The notes beneath the pieces were generated by a model that was not told the origin of the DNA, searched no databases, and saw only the letters and a list, made by a program, of their open reading frames with translations. A program made the translations under genes and the position numbers. A stretch of DNA of 64,000 bases from Eledone cirrhosa. Its lineage: Eukaryota. The stretch lies in NCBI GenBank assembly GCA_964016885.1, contig OZ024745.1, positions 93,062,001-93,126,000 on the forward strand, read 5' to 3'. Shown piece by piece: positions 26,336 to 39,225 of the stretch. Each line of letters starts with the position of its first letter. Position 1 is the first letter of the stretch.

Positions 26336-28178
26336 GTTAACCAGGTAATACTAGAAGGTGTCATACCAAAGGATTGGTGCAGCAGCATCATTGTCAACTG
26401 CTACAAGGGTAAAGGTGATGCACTAGATAGAGGAAACTATAGAGGTATAAAGCTGATGGACCAGGTCATGAAAGTAACAGAAAGAGTTATAGCACAGTTG
26501 ATTAGGGACCGGGTGAAACTAGATGAGATGCAATTTGGGTTTGTGCCAGGAAGAGGTACCACTGATGCCCTCTTCCTTGTGAGGCAGTTACAGGAAAAGT
26601 ACCTAGCTAAAAGTAAGCCGCTCTACCTGGCATTCGTCGATCTCAAGAAAGCCTTTGTCAGAGTTCCTCGTGCTATAATCTGGTGGGCTCTTAGAAAACT
26701 AGGAGTAGATGAATGGCTTGTGAAAGCTGTACAAGCCATGTATAGGGGAGCAGTCAGCAAAGTTAGGATTAGCAATGACTATAGCGAGGAATTTAGCATA
26801 CAGGTCGGTGTCCACCAAGGCTCTATTCTTAGCCCTCCCCTGTTCTTCATAGTTTTGCAGGCAATAACGGAGGAGTTTAAGACCAGATGCCCATGGGAAC
26901 TCCTGTATGCAGATGACCTCGCACTTATAGCTGAATCTATGGTAGAACTAGGGAAGAAATTCCAAACTTGGAAGCAGGGACTAGAAAGAAAGTGTCTCAA
27001 AGTCAACATGACAAAGACTAAGGTCCTTGTAAGTAGACGAGAAAACAGAGCCCAGATCCCTTCAGGGAAATGGCCTTGCTCAGTATGTAGGAAAGGTGTA
27101 GGTAAGAACTCCATTCTCTACCCCAAATGCAAACAATGGGTACACAAGAGATGTAGTGGGATCTCAGGAAGCTTAACTAAGAATGTAGGCTTCACATGTA
27201 GCAGCTGTGCTGGGACAGCAAGCAGCAAACAGCCACAGGAAACAAGTACCACCAATCTCTGGAAGGGCTCTGTAGAAACAGTAGACAGCTTCTGCTACCT
27301 AGGAGACCGAATTAGCAGTGGAGGTGGGTGTTTGGAAAGTACAATAACTAAGGTAAGAACAGGATTGTAGAAGTTCAGGGAGCTACTGTCACTGCTAGCT
27401 GCAAAAGGCTTTTCCCTCAAAATGAAAGGCAGACTGTATGATGCGTGTATACGAACAGCAATGTTACATGGTAGTGAGACCTGGGTGCTATCTGTGGAAG
27501 ACTTACGTAGATTAGAAAGAAATGAAGCCTGCATGCTCCGATGGATGTGTAATAGTAATATACGCGAATGGTAAAGCATAAATGAATTGAGAGATAGACT
27601 GAGCATAAGAGGAATCAAATGCAGTGTGCAGGAGAGGCGGTTGCGTTGGTATGAACATGTGATGTGTATGAAGGATGACAACTGCATAAAAAGGTGCAGA
27701 GCACTCGAAGTCGATGGAAACCGCGGAGTGGGGAGACCAAAGAAGACCTGGGATAAGATGATAAAAGCCGACCTTACCCAGTTACACCTCTCAAAGGCGA
27801 TGACACACGACCGTGACTTCTGGTGTCACGCAGTAATACAGAAGACCCGACCCCCCACGAGTACAAGCCGAAGCTGAAGCATATAGACAATATTCCCTCA
27901 CACCCTCCCACTGCAAAGTGGCCATGGAGGTGCCACGGCAAAAAAGCACCCAGCCCACACTGCAAAGTGGACGTGTAGGCGCCACGGAAAAAACGCACCC
28001 AGCACTCACTGTAAATGAGGTTGGTGTTAGGAAGGGCATCCAGCTGTAGAAATCAAGCAAGAATCAGTTCCCGTATGAGCTAGGCATGGTCAGCCGACCG
28101 GCTACTGCCCACAACAGGACAACCCATCTAACCCATGCTAGTGTGGTAGAACGGACGTAAAACGGTGATGATGATGAT
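26336..28178 (+). mobile_element. RTE LINE, 5'-truncated, with premature stops
   Basis: ORFs 26456-27370 and 27587-27877; RT motifs; 3' UTR ending (GAT)n then (TA)n. Confidence 0.95.
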
Positions 28179-29101
28179 ATATATATATATATATATACAT
28201 ACACACACACAACAAGAATCATGTATATTTGTTTTACATTTTTTTTTTATTTATTGAATTATTTTGAATACCAACATTTGTCCAACTTGACACATTTTGT
28301 GTAATTGACCTTCTGAAGTTTCTGCAATAGATGTCAAAGTATATGTCATATATATTATATTATCCTAACCCATGTTTACTGCATCAATCATTTTTGATAC
28401 TTAACTGAAAATACAACCCATTTGACCTCTACCAAAAATGTCCACTCAAAAGAAGTTACACTGTTCCCTCTTATAAGCAACTTCCATATTATTTTCCTCA
28501 TGAAATCACCTTTTATTAGAAGGCTACAGCAATGTAACTAGAACATTAAATGTTAAGAATAATGAAAGCAAAATGTTGGATTGTTTAATATTTCGGGATA
28601 AGATCCCTTTATCAAAAGAAGAATTGAGGAAACGGGTTTTAAAAAATGGCAGCAAATTGAGCTCCGATATTACAAGCATGTGGTTAGAATATCTCAGAAA
28701 AGAATGGCTGGACAGAGATTACAAGCAAAACTAACTGTCAAGAGATGCAGGGGTAGACCCTGAGCAAGATGGTTGGATAACATCCATGAGCTTGGCTGGT
28801 CACACTTGGGGATCCAGCCGGATCAGTTGGAGTTGGTTGCTTCTGACAGGATGCACTGGAGGGAGGATTTGAGAACTCTGCTGCCATGACCCTCTCAGGA
28901 ATAAGTGGGCAAAGAACAACAACAACACGGGATTTTATTCCAACTCATCTTGCAGTGATACTATAACTGTAACGGTAGTGAAATTGATATTAAGAAAACA
29001 AACAAACTATAACTTAACACTGATTTGATGTCTCGAATGTAAAAGAATCATTATTGCAAACAATTGTTTAATGTTTGACGTTTACTTTCAACAGTTTGAA
29101 T

Positions 29102-29548
29102 ATACCAGAATCTTTAGGTTTGATAACATTTACCAGTATCTTTAGGTTTGATAACATTTACCAGTATATTTAGGTTTGATAACATTTACCAGTATATTTA
29201 GGTTTGATAACATATACCAGTATCTTTAGGTTTGATAACATTTACCAGTATCTTTAGGTTTGATAACATTTACCAGTATCTTTAGGTTTGATAACATATA
29301 CCAGTATCTTTAGGTTTGATAACATACACCAGTATCTTTAGGTTTGATAACATATACCAGTATCTTTAGGTTTGATAACATACACCAGTATCTTTAGGTT
29401 TGATAACATATACCAGTATCTTTAGGTTTGATAACATACACCAGTATCTTTAGGTTTGATAACATACACCAGTATCTTTAGGTTTGATAACATATACCAG
29501 TATCTTTAGGTTTGATAAATATACCAGTATCTTTAGGTTTGATAAATA
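29102..29548. repeat. 28-bp minisatellite, about 16 copies
   Basis: Unit ataccagtatctttaggtttgataacat. Confidence 0.97.
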
Positions 29549-29934
29549 TGGCATTAGGAAATAAGGAAACAAAGTTTTGCAACAAATTAGTATTGATTTA
29601 ATAGTGCACATTTTTTGAAGAATTAGAAGTTCTATTGGAAATAATTATTTAACCCTTTAGCATTTACATTACTCTATATATACTATTACATTTTCATGGT
29701 AAAGACTTTATCTTACATAATTATCTCACATATCTATGAGATTTTGATATTATTTATTTTGAGAACAATAACTTAACATCAGTATGAACAGCTGGTTATG
29801 GCCAGTTTGAACAGAAAGAGGTGAGAGAATTCTGGTCAGATGTGACCTGTTTAAATGTTAAAGGGTTAATATTGCACATTTTTGCAAGAAGTTCTATTGG
29901 AAAGAATTATTTAATGTTTGGATTTTACTTTCAG

Positions 29935-30056
29935 GGGTGTAATAATTCCTGAACCACAGCGTTTGCAGACAGCTATGTCATTATACTCAAACAACTTATG
30001 TGGATTGGTTTTTTTAGTTGATAATCGACTTAATTCCTACACTGGTATCAAAAGAG
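29935..30056 (+). CDS. FERRY3: FERRY3 coding exon
   Basis: tttcAG|...|GTatgt; [34 protein letters not shown]. Confidence 0.96.
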
Positions 30057-30116
30057 GTATGTTGTTGTTATTAGAGATTATTGACTGCCGTCTAGAGTAA
30101 CTGTATTGATAGTATT

Positions 30117-30895
30117 GTGGGTGGTGGTGGAGGTGATGTTGGTGGTGGTGGTGGTGGTGGTGGTGATGGAGGTGATCTTGTTGATGGTGGAGGTGATGTT
30201 GTTGATGATGGTGGTGGTGATGGAGGTGATCTTGTTGATGGTGGTGGTGGAGGTGATGTTGTTGATGATGGTGGTGGTGATGGAGGTGATCTTGTTGATG
30301 GTGGTGGTGGAGGTGATGTTGTTGATGGTGGTGGTGGTGGTGATGGAGGTGGTGGTGATGGAGGTGATCTTGTTGATGGTGGTGGTGATGTTGATGGTGG
30401 TGGTGGTGGTGATGGAGGTGATCTTGTTGATGGTGGTGGTGGAGGTGATGTTGTTGATGATGGTGGTGGTGATGGAGGTGATCTTGTTGATGGTGGTGGT
30501 GGTGGAGGTGATGTTGTTGATGGTGGTGGTGGAGGTGATGCTGTTGATGATGGTGGTGGAGGTGGAGGTGATCTTGTTGATGGTGGTGGTAGAGGTGATG
30601 TTGGTGGTGGTGGAGGTGATGTTGATGATGGTGGTGGTGGGGGGGGGCGATATTGTTGATGGTGGTGGTGGAGGTGATGTTGATGGTGGTGGTGGAGGTG
30701 ATGTTGATGGTGGTGGTGGTGGAGGTGATGTTGATGGTGGTGGTGGTGGAGGTGATGTTGATGATGGTGGTGGTGGAGGTGATGTTGTTGATGGTGGTGG
30801 TGGGGCGATGTTGATGGTGGAGGGGGGGGTCATGGAGGTAGTAGCAATGATGGCGATGTTATAGTTGTTGGTGGTGGGGAGGGTGGTGGTGGTTA
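30117..30895. repeat. Compound GGT/GAT/GTT trinucleotide satellite
   Basis: Recurring ggtggtggaggtgatgttgttgat and gatggaggtgatcttgttgat blocks. Confidence 0.95.
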
Positions 30896-31127
30896 TTAGG
30901 AGTTGAAAGGACGATGTTGATATCTGGAAGCTAGAACTAAATAACAACTTACAACAATATACTGTATGACTCTTGACTTATGCTTTGACATTTCTGCCAA
31001 CTCATCAGAAATGTCATTTTGTAATTTTATAAACAACAAAAACAAAACAATGATAAATGATACCACCTGTTGTCTATAGCTGATAAATTAACATCTATTA
31101 TCTATCACTTTTGTCAACTAATTTGTA

Positions 31128-31158
<31 letters not shown>

Positions 31159-31161
31159 ATA

Positions 31162-31237
<76 letters not shown>

Positions 31238-31369
31238 AAAGTTCTATTTAAAATTGTTGGGATACAACAAGTAAATATTTTTATAACTGATATAAAGCAC
31301 TCGACAAGTATTTGGAGTAGATATACGATATTAATAAATGGAAACTATATTTATAAAACCATATTTATT

Positions 31370-31428
31370 TCATTATACATATTTCAGGGATACCAAATTA
31401 AATTATGGTATGCCTTCATCAGACAAAA
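31370..31428 (-). ncRNA. Degenerate hammerhead motif inside a fold-back unit
   Basis: CUGAUGA AGGCAUACCA [loop] UGGUAUCCCU GAAA UAUG UA; stem I poorly paired. Confidence 0.5.
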
Positions 31429-31584
31429 TACAATATAATATATAATTTAATTTGGTATCCCTGAAATATGTATAATGAAATAAATATGGTTTTATAAATA
31501 TAGTTTCCATTTATTAATATCATATATATATATCGACACTGATAAGAAGGCAGCTTGGAAGTGTCACTATGAAAGGCTACTAAA

Positions 31585-33680
31585 TGAGGAGAATAAATGG
31601 GAGAAAGACAGTCTCCCCCATGTCGACCCAATAGAGGGACCAGCAGTGTTAGTCGAGGGGAGTATAATAAGTAAGGCAATCAAGGATATGAAGACAGGTA
31701 AGGCGGCTGGGCCTTCGGAAATAGTTGCTGAGATGCTGAAGGCATCTGGCACGGTGGGACACACCATGGTCACCCGCATAGTTAACCAAGTCGTACAGAA
31801 TGGGGCTGTTCCGAAGGACTGGCATAGCAGCATCATCGTTAACTGTTATAAGGGTAAAGGAGACGCCCTAGATAGGAGTAACTATAGAGGCATTAAATTA
31901 ATCGACCAGGTCATGAAGGTCACAGAAAAAGTAATAGCGCAACTAATCAGGGAGAGAATTGACCTAGATGAAATGCAGTTCGGGTTTGTGTCAGGCAAAA
32001 GTACCACAGACGCTCTTTTCATAGTACGACAACTACAGGAGAAGTACCTAGCTAAAGGTAAACCCCTCTACTTAGCTTTTGTCGACTTGGAGAAAGCCTT
32101 CGACAGAGTCCCCCGCTCCATTATCTGGTGGGCTCTTAGAAAACTAGGCGTTGACGAATGGCTTGTGAGGGCTATACAAGCCATGTATAAAGAAACAGTC
32201 AGCAAGGTTAGAATTAACAACGAATATAGTGAAGAGTTTAGCGTAAAAGTTGGCGTCCATCAGGGCTCTGTTCTCAGCCCCCTACTATTTATTATTGCCC
32301 TTCAGGCTATAACAGAGGAGTTCAAGACAGGCTGCCCATGGGAACTCCTATACGCAGACGACCTGACACTCATAGCGGAATCAATGGCCGAGCTAGAGAA
32401 GAAATTCCAAACATGGAAGCACGGCCTAGAGTCAAAAGGACTTAAAATTAACCTGGCTAAGACCAAAGTTCTAGTTTGTAGGAAAGAAAACAAGGCGGCG
32501 GTCCCTTCTGGGAAATGGTCGTGCTCGGTGTGTAGGAAAGGCGTAGGTAGAAACTCCATTTTGTGTCCTAAATGCAAAGTATGGGTGCATAAAAGATGTA
32601 GTGGGATCACAGGTAAGCTAACTAAGAACATAGATTTTACATGTGGCCGGTGTTCTGGTGCAATAAGTAGCAGCAAGTGCCCACACAATACTAGCTCTTT
32701 CAATTGCGCAGAGGGTTCTATAGAAATAGTGGACAGCTTCCGTTACCTGGGCGATAAAATCAGCAGTGGGGGAGGGTGCTCTGAAAGTACTGTAGCTAGA
32801 GTCAGAACTGGTTGGAAAAAGTTCAGAGAGCTTATACCACTATTAGCTGCTAAAGGGTTCTCCCTAAAAATGAAAGGCAGGTTGTACGATGCCTGCATAC
32901 GAACAGCAATGTTGCATGGCAGTGAGACCTGGGCATTGTGTGCAGAGGATATACGCAGACTAGAGAGGAACGAAGCTTGCATGCTCCGCTGGATGTGTAA
33001 CAGTAATATACGTGAACGGCAAAGCATAAACGAACTAAGGAAAAAATTAGAGATAAGAGGGATCAGATGTTGTTTACTCGAGAGAAGGCTACGTTGGTAT
33101 GGACACGTGATGCGCATGAAAGTCGATAGCTGTATAACAAAGTGCAGGGCAATAAAGATAGACGGTAGCCACGGAATAGGCAGACCTAGAAAAACCTGGG
33201 ACGAGCTGATAAACTCCGACCTCACACACTTACACCTCTCCAAGACAATGTCACTGGACCGAGACCTTTGGCGGTACTCAGTAACAGAGAAGACCCGCCT
33301 TGCCAGTAGGCATCTCTAACAAAATACACCCCGTCCCACCACCACCACCCCCACCCCATCCACACCACCCCGTCCTATGTAAAGTTATGTTGGTGCCGCG
33401 CCATCCGGGCCGAAACAAATGAGATCGTGTAGGTGTCACGACAAAAAAACACACAGTTCACGCTGTAATGTGGCCGTGTAGGCAACACGGTAAAAACCTC
33501 CCAGACCCACACTGTAAATGTGGTTGGTGTTAGGAAGGGCATCCAACTGTAGAAAACCTGCCAGACAGTCCTATGCGAGCAAGACAATCACTCTTGCCTC
33601 AAGTGGGACTACCCCCGTCCAAACCCATGCAAGCGTGGAACACGGACGTTAAACGTTGATGATGATGATGATGATGATGA
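31585..33680 (+). mobile_element. Young RTE LINE, 5'-truncated, with uninterrupted 557-aa RT and C-terminal ORF
   Basis: ORF 31646-33319 has all RT motifs and no endonuclease; 3' UTR and (GAT)n tail. Confidence 0.97.
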
Positions 33681-33689
33681 TATATATAT

Positions 33690-34675
<986 letters not shown>

Positions 34676-35134
34676 ATATATATATATATGTATCAACATC
34701 ATCACTGTTTAAGTCCATTTTTCCATGCTGGCAGCAGGCATGGGTTAGCCGAGTTATTGTGAGCAGTGCTAGGTCAGGTGACCATGGGTTAGACGGGTTG
34801 TCCTGTTGTGGGCAATATTAGGTCGGCTGACCTTGTCTTGCTCATACAGGAACTGATTCTGGCTTGATTTCTACAGCTGGATGGCCTTCCTATCACCAAC
34901 CTCATTTACAGTGAGTGCTGGGTGCTTTTTTGCTATGGCACCTCCACGACCATTTTGCAGTGGAATGATAGGGACCCCAGTCCCTATCATCTCATTTCTA
35001 CAGCTGAGTAAACTGGAGCAATGTGAAATAAAGTGTCTTGCTCAAGGAAACAACACATGACCCGGTCTGAGAATTGAACTCACAACCTTCCGATTGCAAG
35101 CCCAATGCTCTAACCACTAAGCCATGCACCTTCG

Positions 35135-35418
35135 TATATATATATATAAGTGATATGATAAAACTCATCAAGTACACTCTGTATACAAGTATATATATAT
35201 GAATATATATATATATATATACACACACATATATATATATATATATACATATTTATATATATACACACATGTATATATATATACATATTTATATATATAC
35301 ACACACATAGATATATATATACATATTTATATATATACACACATATATATATCATCATCATCACCGTTTTATATATATATATATACATACATATATATAT
35401 ATATACTTATATATATAT

Positions 35419-35463
<45 letters not shown>

Positions 35464-35881
35464 TATATATTTCTGGCGTCACGCAGTAATACAGGGTACC
35501 CGACCTCCCATGGGTACATGCTGAAGCATATAAACAATATGCCCCCACTCCCCCCACCGCAAGGTGGTCGTGGAGGTGCCACGGCAAAAAAGCACCCAGC
35601 CCACACTGTAAAGTGGACGTGTAGGCGCCACGAAAAAGCACCCAGCACTCACTGTAAATGAGGTTGGTGTTAGGAAGGGCATCCAGCTGTAGAAATCAAG
35701 CCAGATCAGTTCCTGTATGAGCAAGGCATGGTCAGCCGACCAGACACTGCCCACAACAGGACAACCCGTCTAACCCATGCTAGCGTGGAAGAACGGACGT
35801 AAAACGGTGATGATGATGATGATATATATATTCACACATATATGTATATATATACATATATATATATATACACTCACACAC

Positions 35882-35944
<63 letters not shown>

Positions 35945-36050
35945 TATGTACACGTACATATATATAAGTATGTACACGTACATACATATATGTATACAGA
36001 CGTACAGTAGTATGTATATATATATATACATACATGCACACATATATATA
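35135..36050. repeat. Compound TA/CA microsatellite cluster hosting nested insertions
   Basis: Several TA/TACA tracts separated by retroposon pieces. Confidence 0.85.
35470..35822 (+). mobile_element. RTE 3' UTR fragment, same family as 27820-28178
   Basis: Colinear similarity to 27820-28178; (GAT)n tail; embedded in TA/CA tracts. Confidence 0.85.
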
Positions 36051-36171
36051 TGTACGTATGGATTCACCGAACATTTATTATAATGCTCGGTGTGTTTGTA
36101 AACAAACATCCCGTATTAAGCCGTAGTGTCTAGCAACCATCGTTGCTCGTTTGTTCAACACTGTCAAAGGA

Positions 36172-36214
36172 ACGCTGTACTAGTTTCAAGCTTATTAGCT
36201 ATCGTCAGCAACGT
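36172..36214 (-). ncRNA. Minimal type I hammerhead ribozyme, core intact
   Basis: Minus strand: ACGUUG CUGACGA U AGCU AAUA AGCU U GAAA CUAG UA/ CAGCGU; 6-bp stem I, 4-bp stem II, palindromic stem III. Confidence 0.8.
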
Positions 36215-37303
36215 ATACCTTCCTGCCAGATTGTTGAACGTATATACTTACCTTATGCATATTAACGGCTGAGTAGCCCAATTTGTATATCGAGTGGGTT
36301 AACCGGCCGGGTGCACCGAAAACGATAAACGTGAATCCATACGTACATATATATATACATACTACTGTACGTCTGTATACATATATGTATGTACGTGTAC
36401 ATACTTATATTTAAGTAACAGCCGTACTAAGAGTGGGAAATGAAATTTTGTTTCATTTTTTCCGTTTATATATATATATATATATAAGTGATATGATAAA
36501 ACTCATCTGTAAAGTGGTTGGTGATAGGAAGGGCATCCAGCAATATAGAACTTGCCAAACAAAGAGTTGAGATGGCCTCAACTCATTGACTAAAACAAGT
36601 TTTAAAAAATAAGATTGAAATTAATAAAAGCAAGGTTTGCATAAATATCTTGTAAAGAATTCTTATATAATGTTTGTGTCTGTAAAGTGAAATATGTAAT
36701 TCAGTGTTGCATAAATAACATTATACATAATTTTTTAAATTAAGTTTTGTTTTGAATGTTACCTGGGATGAGAGGAGATAATGTTGCCAAGGAAAGGCAA
36801 TAATAAACTAGGTACAAAAAACTAGCAGAAAATGAGATATTTAGCAAATTAATATCTCATTAAATTTAACCATGAATTGTTATTTAATACTAAATGATAT
36901 TAGAAGTAGCAGGTTTATAGGAAATATATTCACTATAATGCCATTTGCTCACATCACTCACTCAATGAGGTATGGTTCGAACACATAAGCAAGCAAACCT
37001 GTCTCAGAGTGCTAACAAAACATATCTGTAATGAAGCAGTCACATAGAATTCCATATGAAGAAATAGATGTTGTTGGTTCTTATGGTACTGAGGTCTGCC
37101 AAGGAAAAGAGGGTAGAAGAACTTGAGTTCTGTTTTTATAGCCAAAATGGCTGAAAGATTATTAGTTTCTGATTGGTCCAGAAAAAAAAAGTGGGGGAAT
37201 GGCAAATGACTAAAATGGTTGCATGAGGGTTGCTAATACTTACATGAATTCTTTTGATTTTACATTTGTTTTCTAACCCCCCATAATTGTTTTTCTCATT
37301 TAG

Positions 37304-37488
37304 AGTTTGCCCGTGTATGTGATCAAGCAACAGATTTCCATTTTCTTGATCTGGAGCAGCAGTTTGCCCTGATAGAATCTCACATCGGTTTAGCCAACGA
37401 CTGGAGTATGTTGAGAAAGTCTTCTGATCTAGAGACAGTTGAATCTACAAGTGTTAAAAGTTTTGGCAGCAGCAATAGTGATGGTCAG
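37304..37488 (+). CDS. FERRY3: FERRY3 coding exon
   Basis: tttAG|...|GTaaaa; EFARVCDQATDFHFLDLEQQ... Confidence 0.92.
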
Positions 37489-38189
37489 GTAAAAAACAAC
37501 AAACAAACATACTATATTATTGTTCAATAGAAGTACTGGAATATTATTCTGTGTCTGGGTTACTAATATTAAAGAACTACATAAATATAAGGCTGCAGAT
37601 TACAGTGATAAGAATGTGAGAGTGTGTTAGACTCATGCCTGTTGTAAGGGAAGTGAAATGCTTATGTTGATTGTCATTTAATATGTTAATTGATAATGAG
37701 GATGATGATGATAATAGTGGTGGTGATGGTGGTGATTTTCTAATTTTGGCACAAGGCCAGCAATTTTGGGAGGTGGAGGTGGCGAAAATCAATCAAATCA
37801 ACCCTAATACCTGATTGGTATTTTATTTTATTGAACCCAAAAGGATGAAAGGTAAATTTGGCCACAGTAGGATTTGAACTCAGAACATAATGAACTTAAA
37901 TAATAATTCATTCATTTTCATTTCATTTTACATCCACGTTTCCCTGCTTGCAAGGGTGGGACGTGAACTGATTCTGGCTTGATTTCTACAGCTGGATGCC
38001 CTTCCTAACACCAACTTCCATAATAATAACAACAATAATAATTTTCACCTAGTAATAACCATACCTCAGATAACCCTCATTGATTATGGTACCGCCTCTA
38101 ATAATAATAATAATACTACCATAACAAAGTCTGTTTGTAACTTCATTGGATGTTATGTCATAAATACCAATACAGAGTTATAGAGATTT

Positions 38190-38540
38190 GGTATGAGCAT
38201 GTACTTTGTAAAGTAATGCAGGAGGATGGGAAAGCAATGATATTATGGGATTATGCTTCTCAAACTTATAGAATAATTGAGTATCGCTGACCAAACATTG
38301 TTGTATTAAACAAGAAAGACAAATACTGTCAGTCATAGACATAGCTATACCAAATGGTATGGATATTACAAGAAAAGTGGTTGGAAAAAATTACCAAGTA
38401 CTCCAAATTAAAAGTGGAGATGGCAAAACTGTTTGGAGAGTGTGAGGTTAGTGTGAAAGTGATCGGGAGGCATTAGAGTCAATCCCATTGAGACTTTAAG
38501 ACTTCTTAAAGCAGTTGGAAATATCATGGCATCATATGAG
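38190..38540 (+). mobile_element. Highly degraded restriction-like-endonuclease domain of an R4/NeSL-type LINE
   Basis: Frameshifted pieces ILWDY..QT, PNIVVLNKKDK, IDIAIP, EKITKY, VIG.ALE match the PD..D..K RLE layout. Confidence 0.6.
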
Positions 38541-39015
38541 AATGAGCCTAACAAAGCTGATTTTGGCTTGGTTTCTTGGGCTGAATGCCCTTTACAGCAT
38601 GCTCTGGGAGCATTTTATTGTGACTCCAGGACTACCACTTTACAGGAGGGACTGAATGCTTTTCAACATAGCACTATCACTATACAGAATGGACTGGGTA
38701 TATTTTATCATGTACCAGTCCTACATCATTTCAACACTAGGGTGCTCAATGTCCTACTCCTGGCTAGGGAGACATTGATAAGGATTGAGGTGTATAAATG
38801 AGAGCAGTGCATGCTATCTGGTACCTGTCCAGAACGGGGGAGTACAGATATCCCACCATGAGGGAGGAATTGCTGGGTTATGAGGATGGCCTTGAAGCAA
38901 GTAGTTATGTGGTGTGATTGGCTTTCCTTGTTGGAATGTGTGTATATATATATATATATTAATATATCTGTATGTGGTTGACAGCTGAGAGAAAAGAGTA
39001 CTCAATACTGAAGTA

Positions 39016-39072
39016 GAGTTCTTGTCTGATGACCCTGTGATAAACAGGCAAAACTTCAGAATAACAAGACTC
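39016..39072 (+). ncRNA. Type I hammerhead ribozyme, mutated core
   Basis: GAGUUCUUGU CUGAUGA C CCUGU GAUAA ACAGG C AAAA CUUCAGA AUA/ ACAAGACUC; GAAA has become AAAA. Confidence 0.7.
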
Positions 39073-39137
39073 ACTATTTGGCCTTAATAAAATGAATATA
39101 AATATATACCCTCAGATGCGAGTCTACATGTTAAAAT

Positions 39138-39225
39138 CATATCTGAAGAGCTTCCGATTCCAGAGTTAGGTTCGATCATTAATAGATCGTTCCCCGAGCT
39201 GATCGACATTGAAACATGTAATATG
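39138..39225 (+). ncRNA. Type I hammerhead-like motif with long, partly degenerate stem II
   Basis: CAUAU CUGAAGA [61 nt] GAAA CAUG UA/ AUAUG. Confidence 0.6.

Noticed and set aside
29102-29548. 28-bp repeat array resembling CRISPR repeat length
   Set aside because: Units are directly adjacent with no spacers, there are no cas genes, and the context is eukaryotic.
30078-30947. Long Thr/Pro-, Gly/Asp- and Val-rich ORFs resembling mucin or glycine-rich proteins
   Set aside because: Open in several frames only because of the trinucleotide satellite; intronic, with no splice support.
32302-33243. Antisense ORFs over RTE copies (also 8315-8761, 22990-23457, 26779-27687)
   Set aside because: Shadow frames of the RT coding strand.
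35150-35190. UGAUGA-containing short repeat (also at 36486-36508) as a further hammerhead
   Set aside because: No complete CUGAUGA, no GAAA partner and no stems.
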